Below are positions 8,854-17,538 of a stretch of DNA of 64,000 nt, piece by piece. The notes beneath the pieces are model-generated. The model was not told where the DNA came from and did no database searches. It worked only from the letters and a program-made list of their open reading frames with translations. The translations under genes and the position numbers were made by a program. Source of the DNA: Candidatus Brennerbacteria bacterium (lineage in GTDB: Bacteria; Patescibacteriota; Minisyncoccia; UBA6257; GWB1-50-10). The number at the start of each line of letters is the position of its first letter. The stretch's first letter is position 1. The DNA lies in contig JAZDNP010000015.1 in the NCBI GenBank assembly GCA_043799565.1, forward strand, positions 12,557 to 76,556, written 5' to 3'.

Positions 8854-9873
8854 ATGAAATCTATTGATCGATTTCTTGAAGATTGTTTTGTAGCGCTCTC
8901 ACCGAAACAGCGCCGCGTTGTTGTTGGCCGGTTTGGCCTGAAAGGAGGTGCCAAATCCACCCTACAGGAGATCGGCGACGAGCTCGGGGTGACCCGGGAG
9001 CGCGTCCGCCAAATAGAGGCACAGACGATGAAAAAGCTCGCGCCCTTGGTACGCGCTGAGGCGAAGTCGTTCGTGGAAGCGGCCGTGAAGCACCTCGTCG
9101 GTGTGGGCGGCGTCCGCCGCGACGATAACTTCATGGAGGACCTCCGTGAAGCGCTTCTCAAGGGAGACCGTGAAGTGAAGAATCTTGCTGAGAAAGTGCG
9201 CTTTGTACTTCTTGCGGCAGGCGAGCCCCGCTATATGCCGGCGACCGATGACATGCACGCCTATTGGGCGGTGAACGCGGCGGCGGAAAAGAAATTCCAG
9301 GATTTTGTAAAGAAAATCACCGACTTTTTCAAAAAGGCGGGTCCGACCAAAGTCATCAACGAAAAAGCACACCTTGCGTTTTGCAAGGATATGGTGACGT
9401 GCCACTACCTTTCCATCCCGAAGCACATCGGTACGAACGTGTTCGGCGACGTGGGACTCCGCGAATGGGCGGAAATAGAGCCGAAGACGGTGCGCGACAA
9501 GGCATACTTGGTGTTGAAGAAACACACAGAACCACTTCACTTTGAAGAGATTGCGAAGCACATCGCAAAATACCGTTTGGCGGCGAAGCCGGCGCACGTG
9601 CAGACCGTGCACAACGAGCTTATCAAAGACGTTCGGTTCGTGCTTGTGGGGCGCGGTATCTACGGGCTTGAAGAGCACGGATACGAGCGCGGCACGGTGC
9701 GTGAGGTCATCGCAAAACTTTTGAAGCGTAACGGCCCGATGGATGCGAAGCGCGTGCTCACCCTCGTGAACGAGCAGCGTTTCTTGAAGCAGAACACGGT
9801 GCTTTTGGCTCTCCAGAACCGCAAGCATTTTGCTCGACTGGACGACGGAAAATACCGAGTGAAGGAAGCGTAA
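8854..9873 (+). CDS. Sigma-70 region-4 HTH protein with C-terminal winged-HTH (HARE-HTH-like) domains
   Basis: TLQEIGDELGVTRERVRQIE (sigma4), then PLHFEEI...QTVHNELI...FVLVGRGIYGL. No sigma region 2. Confidence 0.8.
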   Translation: MKSIDRFLEDCFVALSPKQRRVVVGRFGLKGGAKSTLQEIGDELGVTRERVRQIEAQTMKKLAPLVRAEAKSFVEAAVKHLVGVGGVRRDDNFMEDLREALLKGDREVKNLAEKVRFVLLAAGEPRYMPATDDMHAYWAVNAAAEKKFQDFVKKITDFFKKAGPTKVINEKAHLAFCKDMVTCHYLSIPKHIGTNVFGDVGLREWAEIEPKTVRDKAYLVLKKHTEPLHFEEIAKHIAKYRLAAKPAHVQTVHNELIKDVRFVLVGRGIYGLEEHGYERGTVREVIAKLLKRNGPMDAKRVLTLVNEQRFLKQNTVLLALQNRKHFARLDDGKYRVKEA

Positions 9874-9875
9874 GG

Positions 9876-9901
9876 AATGGTCGCCTCAGGCGACCATTTT
9901 T
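9876..9901 (+). terminator. Rho-independent terminator
   Basis: AATGGTCGCC-TCA-GGCGACCATT followed by a T run, immediately after the stop codon. Confidence 0.75.
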
Positions 9902-9933
9902 CGTTGGGTTTCAGAAATGATGGAGCTACACCT

Positions 9934-9995
9934 CGTTCGAGGCAGGTCGCCCCATGGCGACCGTAGCCGCGCCTTTGGCGGTGCGGCCTCGAACG
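9934..9995. repeat. Branched palindromic element (REP-like or structured RNA)
   Basis: Outer stem CGTTCGAGGC/GCCTCGAACG encloses GGTCGCC/GGCGACC and GCCGCGCC/GGTGCGGC hairpins. Confidence 0.65.
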
Positions 9996-10018
9996 GGGTA
10001 CAATAGAGGTAATTTACG

Positions 10019-11416
10019 ATGCTAAAGGAATCCTTTGAGCACGTCTTAGAGTTCTTTTCCGAATTCTTCAAAAAAGAGGAGGTGTGGGCACTACTCCTTT
10101 TTGTTGGGTTCGGGGTGTGGATCATCTACGCTTTTTTTGACGCGCTCTGGGAGATCCTTGTGAACTTTTTCCGCTACGCGTGGCCCATCATCCTTTTCTT
10201 CGTGGTACTCCCGCTCCTCTCGTCGCTTTGGCTTTTTATACGCCAGGCGCAGTACAAAGAAGCCATGAAGTGGGTGCTTCTTGAGATTCGCATTCCGCGC
10301 GAGGTGAAGAAGAGTCCGCAGGGGATGGAGCAGGTGCTCGCCGCCATCCATTCTTTGAGGAATGCGGCAGGCGACATTAAGGAAAAATATTGGGAAGGCG
10401 AGGTCACACGGTGGTACACGCTTGAGATGGTGAGTTTCGGCGGCGAAATCCGTTTCTTTATCCGCGTGTATAAGGGTCAGGTGAAACTTGTACAATCGTC
10501 CCTCTTCTCGTATTACCCGGATGTTGAAATTGCGGAAGTGGAGGATTACATGTCGCTCTTTCCCCAGACGGTGGAGGAAATGTATGAGAGCAAGCGCGAC
10601 CTGTGGGGTACCGAAATGATACTCACAAAGCCGGCGGCGTACCCTATCAAGACCTATGAGGACTTTGAAAATCTGGCGGAAGAAAAACAGTTTGACCCCA
10701 TCTCCACCTTCTTGGAAATATTGGGAAACATCAAAAAAGAGGAAACGGTTGCCATTCACATTCTTGTAGCTCCCGCCGGGGCGGGGTGGGGAGAAAAGTA
10801 TGAGGATGTGGTGGAAGATCTTAAAACGCCAAAGACCGTGATTGTTGGAGGGGACGCGGAGACGGAAGGGCGAGAAGTGCCAATCTCACATTCTGAAGTG
10901 CATAAGGACGTGTTAAAGATAGTGGAGGAAAACCTTTCCAAGCCCGCTTTTGATACGATCGTTCGCTTTGTGTATCTCTCACCGAAAGAAGGGTTCTCCG
11001 ATACATTCCCTCGCCGCGGACTCGCAGGCGCGTTCAACCAGTACAGCGCACTGAACTTGAACGGATTCCGCCAGAACCACAAGGTTGGTACCCGTACCCG
11101 CATCTGGAACAAGCCGTATGTGTTTCCGAAAATACGTTTGGAATACCGCAAACAGCGCATGCTCCATTGGATCAGGAAGCGTGAAATTCCGCCCGAGACA
11201 TGGATGGGGAAATTCATGACCTCGTACTTTTTCTGCTGGAATTTTGGCTCAAAGCGGTTTCTCTTGAACACAAAATCTGTTGCCACGCTTTTCCACCCGC
11301 CGACCTCTGTGGTATTGACCGCCCCCCACATCAAGCGCGTAGAGAGCCGCCGCGCGGGGCCTCCTGCGGGACTCGCAATATTCGGAGAGGAAAAAGACAT
11401 AGAGCGATTCGGCTAA
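10019..11416 (+). CDS. Membrane-anchored hypothetical protein associated with a VirD4-like ATPase
   Basis: Two N-terminal hydrophobic segments, LEIRIPRE..KSP..MEQ, YPD.EI.EV.DY, YPIKTY.DF and L...S.ATLFHPP. First gene of the operon. Confidence 0.75.
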   Translation: MLKESFEHVLEFFSEFFKKEEVWALLLFVGFGVWIIYAFFDALWEILVNFFRYAWPIILFFVVLPLLSSLWLFIRQAQYKEAMKWVLLEIRIPREVKKSPQGMEQVLAAIHSLRNAAGDIKEKYWEGEVTRWYTLEMVSFGGEIRFFIRVYKGQVKLVQSSLFSYYPDVEIAEVEDYMSLFPQTVEEMYESKRDLWGTEMILTKPAAYPIKTYEDFENLAEEKQFDPISTFLEILGNIKKEETVAIHILVAPAGAGWGEKYEDVVEDLKTPKTVIVGGDAETEGREVPISHSEVHKDVLKIVEENLSKPAFDTIVRFVYLSPKEGFSDTFPRRGLAGAFNQYSALNLNGFRQNHKVGTRTRIWNKPYVFPKIRLEYRKQRMLHWIRKREIPPETWMGKFMTSYFFCWNFGSKRFLLNTKSVATLFHPPTSVVLTAPHIKRVESRRAGPPAGLAIFGEEKDIERFG

Positions 11417-11422
11417 AATTTT

Positions 11423-11959
11423 ATGGACCAAGTTATTCAAACATTTGAACATCTTGCGCTTGGTGTTTTGGACGCACCATGGGCGCGGTTTCTCTACGGG
11501 GTTCGCTGGCTTTTTATATTCTTGGACATCGCGGTCATCGTTGCGTTCGTCATACTTTTTGTGAAAGCGCTGAACTATCGGCCCAAGTTCACTCGCAGCC
11601 ACAAAAAAGCGGGGGGAAAATCTCCCTTCGACACTAAACTTTTTTCCGAACGGTGGGCAAAACTGGAGAAACATGCGCTTTCCGCGCCTCCCCAGTCATG
11701 CGTGCTCGCTATCATCGAAGCGGACAAGCTTGTGGACGATGCGCTTCGACTCATGGGACTTGAAGGCGAGCATATGGCGGATCGTCTCCAAAAACTTCGC
11801 GTGGAGGACTACCCTTCGCTTGATCGGCTTTGGCGCGCGCACCGCGTAAGGAACGAACTGGTACATACCCCCGATTTCGGCATTGACGAAGGCGACGCCA
11901 AAGATGTGCTCAAGGCCTACCAAAAATTTCTGAAGGAGTTGGGAGCGCTCACTGAATAA
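11423..11959 (+). CDS. Membrane-anchored protein with HEPN-like Rx4H motif
   Basis: One TM helix, then AIIEADKLVDDAL and HRVRNELVH (RNxxxH). Confidence 0.65.
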   Translation: MDQVIQTFEHLALGVLDAPWARFLYGVRWLFIFLDIAVIVAFVILFVKALNYRPKFTRSHKKAGGKSPFDTKLFSERWAKLEKHALSAPPQSCVLAIIEADKLVDDALRLMGLEGEHMADRLQKLRVEDYPSLDRLWRAHRVRNELVHTPDFGIDEGDAKDVLKAYQKFLKELGALTE

Positions 11960-11960
11960 C

Positions 11961-13403
11961 ATGTCACGCGCAGGAAAGGTACAAATAATCAAATACGCTC
12001 CGCCGCCGCCCGACCTCCCGATGCTCGGGAAGGTGAAGCCGGAGGACTGCTCGTTCATCGGACGCACGAACTACGTGACCGGCATTGAGGAGAAAAAATT
12101 TGTGTTCGGACTGAAGCGTGTGGATCGCCGGCGGCACCTCTACATCGTGGGGAAGAGCGGTGTGGGGAAATCAAAACTTTTGGAGCTTCTCATCCGGCAG
12201 GATGTTGCGTTCGGTCATGGGCTCTGCCTCATGGACCCACACGGCGATGTCATTGAGGCCATTCTGGAGTTCATTCCAGAGGAGCGCCTGGAGGATGTGT
12301 GTATCATTGACCCTTCGGATTCAAAATACCCCATCTCATTCAACCCGCTCGCGAACGTGGATCCCGAGTTTAAGCATCAACTCACCCAAGGGTTGATTGA
12401 AGTCATGGAAAAGCAGTTCGGCGCGAACTGGACGCCGCGCTTGGAACACGTATTCCGTTTCACATGTTTGGCGCTTCTCGACTATCCCCATGCCACCATG
12501 CGGGGGATGATATCCATGCTCACCGACCGCAATTATCGGCAGAAGGTGGTGGAATACATTGAGGACGACATGGTAAAGCGCTTTTGGGCCATTGAATTCG
12601 CTGACTGGTCGGAAAAGTTCGATACGGACGCCATCATTCCTTTAGTAAACAAGCTGGGGCAGTTCCTCTCGAACCCACTCCTCCGGAACGTCTTCGGGCA
12701 GAAGGAGAACAAGGTGGATCTCGAGAAGCTCATGCAGGCGAAGAAGATTATCCTCATCAACCTTTCCAAAGGGAAGCTCGGCGAGGAAAACTCCAGCTTC
12801 TTCGGTTCCATGTTTATCACAAAGATTAAACAGGCGGGCATGGCGCGCGCGGCGATGTCGGAATCCAAGCGGCACGATTTCTACCTCTACGTGGACGAGT
12901 TCCACAATGTGGTCACGGAGACCTTCGAAAACCTCCTTTCCGAAGCGCGCAAGTACGGGCTCTGTCTCACGGTGGCGCACCAATATATGAAGCAGCTTTC
13001 GCAAGAGGTGCAGGGGGCGGTTTTGGGGAACACGGGGTCCATGGTCGTTTTTCGTGTGGGTGGCGAGGATGCGGCGGCCTTGGAATCCGAAATGACCCCA
13101 ATCTTCAAAGCGAAGGATATGATCAATCTCGGGATGCAGGAATTCTACGTGAAGATGACAATAGATGGAGAAACCTACGACCCTTTCTCGGCGGAGACTC
13201 TGAAGGTGCTCCCGTCGCCGCACGGTTCGTTCAAAGAGCGTATCATAGAAGCGTCGCGGCAGAAATACTCCATTTCGGCGGATGCCGCAAAAAAGCTCAT
13301 TGTGGAGGAAGAAGCGGGCATCTTCCGGAGCGCGCAGGAAAAGGCAGCTATTACCGGCGAAAAAGGAGGGGTCGCAACCGACAACCCTGAGCCTTTGATA
13401 TAG
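11961..13403 (+). CDS. VirD4/TraG/HerA-FtsK superfamily ATPase (type IV coupling-protein-like)
   Basis: RRHLYIVGKSGVGKS (Walker A), DPHGD, LYVDEFHN (Walker B), EARKYGL..TVAHQ. Confidence 0.9.
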   Translation: MSRAGKVQIIKYAPPPPDLPMLGKVKPEDCSFIGRTNYVTGIEEKKFVFGLKRVDRRRHLYIVGKSGVGKSKLLELLIRQDVAFGHGLCLMDPHGDVIEAILEFIPEERLEDVCIIDPSDSKYPISFNPLANVDPEFKHQLTQGLIEVMEKQFGANWTPRLEHVFRFTCLALLDYPHATMRGMISMLTDRNYRQKVVEYIEDDMVKRFWAIEFADWSEKFDTDAIIPLVNKLGQFLSNPLLRNVFGQKENKVDLEKLMQAKKIILINLSKGKLGEENSSFFGSMFITKIKQAGMARAAMSESKRHDFYLYVDEFHNVVTETFENLLSEARKYGLCLTVAHQYMKQLSQEVQGAVLGNTGSMVVFRVGGEDAAALESEMTPIFKAKDMINLGMQEFYVKMTIDGETYDPFSAETLKVLPSPHGSFKERIIEASRQKYSISADAAKKLIVEEEAGIFRSAQEKAAITGEKGGVATDNPEPLI

Positions 13404-13437
13404 TTATCAATGAAAGGTCGATAGAGGTACGCACATT

Positions 13438-13743
13438 ATGGTATTCATCTATACAACCTGTCGTGATGCGGAAGAGGGGAAGAAGTTGAGCGAGCTCGTG
13501 GTATCGGGCCATCTCGCGGCGTGCGTGAACATGTGGCCGATAGAATCTTGTTATGAATGGGAAGGCAAAATGAAATGTGAAAAGGAGTACGCGATGCTCA
13601 TAAAGACCAATGAGGCGAAGGTGCCGGACATTGAAGAATTGGTCATGAAGAACCACTCGTATTCCATCCCATTTATCGGTATGGTGGATGTGCGGAGATT
13701 GAACCGAGAATACAAAGAATGGATGTCCCAAGTAGTCCGCTAG
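13438..13743 (+). CDS. cutA: Divalent cation tolerance protein CutA
   Basis: LAACVN, S.YEWEGK, E..MLIKT, HSYSIP. Confidence 0.9.
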   Translation: MVFIYTTCRDAEEGKKLSELVVSGHLAACVNMWPIESCYEWEGKMKCEKEYAMLIKTNEAKVPDIEELVMKNHSYSIPFIGMVDVRRLNREYKEWMSQVVR

Positions 13744-13760
13744 TTGCTACACTCATTACC

Positions 13761-13964
13761 GTGTCCAACGCGACGTTTGCCATGCCGTGGTGGCTTCTTG
13801 CCATCATTGCGGTATTTTTTGTCTGCCTCATTGCGAAGATCATCTCGCTCCTTGATGAGCGGCGCAGATTGAAGTCCGAAATAGCGCTCCTGGAGGGAGA
13901 GGAAGAAAAAGGGGGCGGCTCCGTTCCCGATACCGAAATGGGCGGTTCTGAGGACGGGAGCTAG
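13761..13964 (+). CDS. Small single-TM protein with charged tail
   Basis: Hydrophobic stretch WWLLAIIAVFFVCLIA. In-frame GTG lies 7 nt after the extended -10 TGcTACACT (13745-13753). ATG 13782 is an alternative start. Confidence 0.5.
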   Translation: MSNATFAMPWWLLAIIAVFFVCLIAKIISLLDERRRLKSEIALLEGEEEKGGGSVPDTEMGGSEDGS

Positions 13965-14070
13965 ACATTATTCGCGATCTTCCGCGGCTTTGCCCGCGGT
14001 GTTTCGCGTACACTCCAGTACCCTCGCATAGGCGGGGATTTTTATCCCGATTTTTACATATCGCAACGGT

Positions 14071-14110
14071 AAAATGTTGCATTTCTGCTATCGCGGAAAT
14101 GTAACATTTT
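14071..14110. repeat. 18-bp inverted repeat upstream of the array (terminator or operator)
   Basis: AAAATGTTGCATTTCTGC-TATC-GCGGAAATGTAACATTTT. Both mismatches are G-U compatible on the + strand. Confidence 0.75.
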
Positions 14111-14137
14111 TAGCGCGGTTGTTTTAGAAAATTACGT

Positions 14138-14143
14138 TATAAT
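14138..14143 (+). promoter_or_regulatory. -10 box of the Cys-rich array, probably leaderless
   Basis: Consensus TATAAT 6 nt before ATG 14150, with no SD. Confidence 0.6.
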
Positions 14144-14149
14144 CATCAA

Positions 14150-15814
14150 ATGACTCCCGAAACCAGAGCGTGCCGGAATTGCCAGAACGCCTTCACTATT
14201 GAACCGGACGATTTCACGTTCTATGAGAAAATGGGTGTCCTACCTCCTGTAAGCTGTCCCGATTGCCGCTTCAAAATAAGAGCGCAGTTCAGGAATGAAA
14301 CGACGCTCTATTCGAGGAAGTGCAACTTGTGTGGACGCTCGATCATTTCGATGTATAATCCCCAGTCGCCTTACACGGTCTACTGCGAGGCGTGTTACGT
14401 GTCCGACAAGTGGGACCCTTTTTCCTACGGAATTAATTATGATTTCAACCGGCCGTTTTTCGAGCAGTTCGGAGAGTTGCTAAAGAAAGTTCCAAAAATG
14501 ACCACGTTTTCAGACCGTTCCAGGCCTAGTACCAACAGCGAATATATAAATTATTCCGGCGGTAATAAGGATTGCTACCTCATATTTAATGGTGGGTCGG
14601 CGGAGAATTCTATGTATTGCCGGGGTCTAAGGTTTTGCAAGGATGTCGTGGACATGTATTTCACACAGAAAACGGAGAGGTGTTATGAGGGAATAAATAT
14701 TATGCAGTCCACTGGGGTCCAGTTCGGTAAAAATATTTCAGGCAGCATAGACTCAATGTTTGTATCGGATGGAAGCGATCTCCAGAATTGCCTTGGCTGC
14801 GTGAATCTTCGGCACAAAAGCAATTACTTTTTCAACAAGCCCGTTTCGAAGGAGGAATTGGAAAAGAAGTTGGGGGAAATAAAGGGTAGTTATTCGAAAA
14901 CAACGAATTTTCAGAAGAAATTTGATGATTTTTCGCTTCAATTTCCAAAGAAAGAAAACAACAATATTAAAGCGGTAGATTGCGTCGGGGATTACATCTT
15001 TAGTTCAAAAAATGCCCGTACCTGTTTTGAGGTAACCGACTGCGAGAATTGCAAGTTTGGTTATTTTATCAAGGGTTCGAAGGATTCCTACGATCTAACC
15101 GGTTTTGGCTATGGCGCCGAGCTACTTCTCGAATGCGTTGGGGTCGGCGTTTCGCAGCGGGTCATCGGCACCTATTGGGCCGAGGAGTCCCATGACATCG
15201 ATTATTGTTATTGTGTCATGTCAAGTGAAAATTGTTTTGGTTGTGATGGTTTAAAGCATGCCCAATTTTCGGTCCTGAACAAGAAGTATTCGAAAGAGGA
15301 ATTCGAAAAGGTACGGCAACACATAATCGAGGAAATGAAAGAAAAAGGTACCTACGGACATTTCATTCCGGTTCAACTGGCGCCGTTCGCTTACAACGAG
15401 ACCATTGCGCAAGACAATCTTCCCCTAACAAAGGAGGAGGCGATTCGACAGGGTTTCCGCTGGGAGGAAAATCCCCAGATGACGAAAGGAAAAGAGACAT
15501 TGAAGCCTGGCGACATCCCAGATCATATTCGAGACATTCCCGATTCTATAACCGAGGAAATCCTCGCCTGCATCTCGTGCGGTCGGAACTATAAGATCAC
15601 TGCCCAAGAATTGGGATTGTATAGACGCGAGACCACCCCCATTCCTCGAAAGTGTTTCTATTGTCGCCACAAGGAAAGGATCGAGAAAAGAGGACCCTTC
15701 GCGCTCTATGCGAGAAAATGTGTGCATTGCGGCAAGGCAATCCAAACCACCTACGGCTCAGAAAGGCCAGAAATTGTTTATTGCGAGCAATGTTACCAAG
15801 CGGAGGTCATATGA
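14150..15814 (+). CDS. Cys-rich zinc-ribbon repeat protein, array copy 1
   Basis: CxxC..F.IEPDDF.FY..CPxC N-module, two CFGC-type core blocks, RPEIVYCEQCY C-terminus. Confidence 0.9.
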   Translation: MTPETRACRNCQNAFTIEPDDFTFYEKMGVLPPVSCPDCRFKIRAQFRNETTLYSRKCNLCGRSIISMYNPQSPYTVYCEACYVSDKWDPFSYGINYDFNRPFFEQFGELLKKVPKMTTFSDRSRPSTNSEYINYSGGNKDCYLIFNGGSAENSMYCRGLRFCKDVVDMYFTQKTERCYEGINIMQSTGVQFGKNISGSIDSMFVSDGSDLQNCLGCVNLRHKSNYFFNKPVSKEELEKKLGEIKGSYSKTTNFQKKFDDFSLQFPKKENNNIKAVDCVGDYIFSSKNARTCFEVTDCENCKFGYFIKGSKDSYDLTGFGYGAELLLECVGVGVSQRVIGTYWAEESHDIDYCYCVMSSENCFGCDGLKHAQFSVLNKKYSKEEFEKVRQHIIEEMKEKGTYGHFIPVQLAPFAYNETIAQDNLPLTKEEAIRQGFRWEENPQMTKGKETLKPGDIPDHIRDIPDSITEEILACISCGRNYKITAQELGLYRRETTPIPRKCFYCRHKERIEKRGPFALYARKCVHCGKAIQTTYGSERPEIVYCEQCYQAEVI

Positions 15815-17538
15815 ACGCGGAAACGAGAAATTGCGCGAATTGCAAGAACTCTTTCACGATAGAGCCGGACGATTTTGTGTTCTATGAACGGATAAGCGTG
15901 CCGCCACCCACGTGGTGCCCAGGGTGTCGGCAGCAACGCCGCTATTCGTGGCGTAATGAACGTGTGCTGTATCGTAGGAACTGTGACTTGTGTGGAAAAA
16001 GCACGGTAACAATCTACTCGCCGAGCAAGCCCTACAAGGTATTTTGCCCGCCATGTTGGTGGTCCGATAAATGGGACGCCCTTGAGTATGGGAGGGAATT
16101 TGATTTTTCTCGCCCGTTTTTCGAGCAGTTTCAAGAGGCGCAGCTCCAAGTGCCCCGCATCGCGCTTCTTACGAAGAATAGTGTCAATTCCGAATACACC
16201 AACCACTCCGGCGATAACAAGAACTGTTACCTGAGCTTCAGCACTTTTGGAGGTGAGAACATTATGTATGGTACGAACGTGTGGGCGCCGTCCAAGGATT
16301 CCATGGACCTTTATCTTGTTCGGACAGAAGGAGGTGCGGAGCGTTGCTATGAATGCATCGATTCGTCCAAAATCTACAGTTTGCAGTTCACCAAGCTGGT
16401 CAAAGACTCAAATGACTGTGCATATTGCTTCGATTGTCGCGGGTGCTCCCACTGTTTCCTCTCCTCAAATCTAAGAAACAAGCAGTACTATTTTGAGAAT
16501 CATCCGCTCTCAAAGGAAGAGTACCAAAAGAAAATGGAGGCAATGAATCTTGGTTCGCGAAAAATTCGCGAAAAACTGTATGAAAAATGGCTTGACCTTA
16601 TCAAGAAACGCTCACTTCACAAATTCGCGATCGTAGAAAAATCCACCGGCGTGACAGGGAATATGGTTTTCAATTCCAAGAATTCAGCCGCGATTTTCGA
16701 TGGCGATAAGACGGAAGATTCCAAATATTCCATTATCTGTCCCGATGTGAAGAATAGTATGGATGTATACCACGTTGGTTTTAGCTGCGAGCTAAATTAC
16801 GAAGCTCATGCCTTGGTTCGTGTCTACGACGTGTTCTTTTCCCACTTGAGTTATGACAACTCCCATTTGCAATATTGCGATTCGTGTCACAACAGCGAAA
16901 ACCTTTTCGGATGCGTGGGTTTGCGATCAAAAAAATATTGCATTTTCAACAAACAATATTCGGAAGAAGAATATAAAACGCTTCGCGCGAAAATCATTGA
17001 GCATATGAAGAAGGGCGGGGAGTACGGCGAATTCTTCCCACCCAAACTTTCTCCTTTCGGATATAACGAAACCCAAGGGATTATTTATATGCCCCTCACC
17101 AAAGAAGAAGCGGTGAAGCGTGGATATAAATGGGAAGATGTGGTAACCGGCACATTCAATAAAGAAACCATTTCTCAAAACGAAGTTCCGGACGATATTA
17201 AGGATGTTGAGAATTCAATTCTTAAGGAGGTTCTGAAGTGTGATGAATGTGAAAAAAACTACAACATTGTGGAGCCGGAGCTGGAATTCTATCGCCGAGA
17301 AGGCATTCCTATCCCGCGTTTTTGCCCGAATTGCCGCTATCAGAAACGGCTTAGCCTCCGCCCCCCACGCAGACTTTGGCACCGGCAATGCATGTGCGAC
17401 TATCGAGCGTGGGAGAATAGCGTAAAACACCCGCATCACACCGAAGGGAGATGTTCTAACGAGTTCAAAACTTCCTATGCCCCCGAAAGGCCCGAAGTGG
17501 TGTATTGCGAGCAGTGCTATAACGCAGAAGTCGTATGA
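15811..17538 (+). CDS. Cys-rich zinc-ribbon repeat protein, array copy 2
   Basis: Starts MNAETRNC at the ATGA overlap with copy 1. Same motifs. Confidence 0.9.
   Translation: MNAETRNCANCKNSFTIEPDDFVFYERISVPPPTWCPGCRQQRRYSWRNERVLYRRNCDLCGKSTVTIYSPSKPYKVFCPPCWWSDKWDALEYGREFDFSRPFFEQFQEAQLQVPRIALLTKNSVNSEYTNHSGDNKNCYLSFSTFGGENIMYGTNVWAPSKDSMDLYLVRTEGGAERCYECIDSSKIYSLQFTKLVKDSNDCAYCFDCRGCSHCFLSSNLRNKQYYFENHPLSKEEYQKKMEAMNLGSRKIREKLYEKWLDLIKKRSLHKFAIVEKSTGVTGNMVFNSKNSAAIFDGDKTEDSKYSIICPDVKNSMDVYHVGFSCELNYEAHALVRVYDVFFSHLSYDNSHLQYCDSCHNSENLFGCVGLRSKKYCIFNKQYSEEEYKTLRAKIIEHMKKGGEYGEFFPPKLSPFGYNETQGIIYMPLTKEEAVKRGYKWEDVVTGTFNKETISQNEVPDDIKDVENSILKEVLKCDECEKNYNIVEPELEFYRREGIPIPRFCPNCRYQKRLSLRPPRRLWHRQCMCDYRAWENSVKHPHHTEGRCSNEFKTSYAPERPEVVYCEQCYNAEVV

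Noticed and set aside
9934-9995. tRNA-like cloverleaf
   Set aside because: Lacks a correctly placed T-loop, anticodon arm and acceptor geometry.
15652-15810. N-terminal extensions from the ORF track (also 20860, 27915, 29648, 42396)
   Set aside because: They come from TTG/GTG codons in an alternative frame of the upstream gene's tail. Homology begins at the ATGA or downstream ATG.
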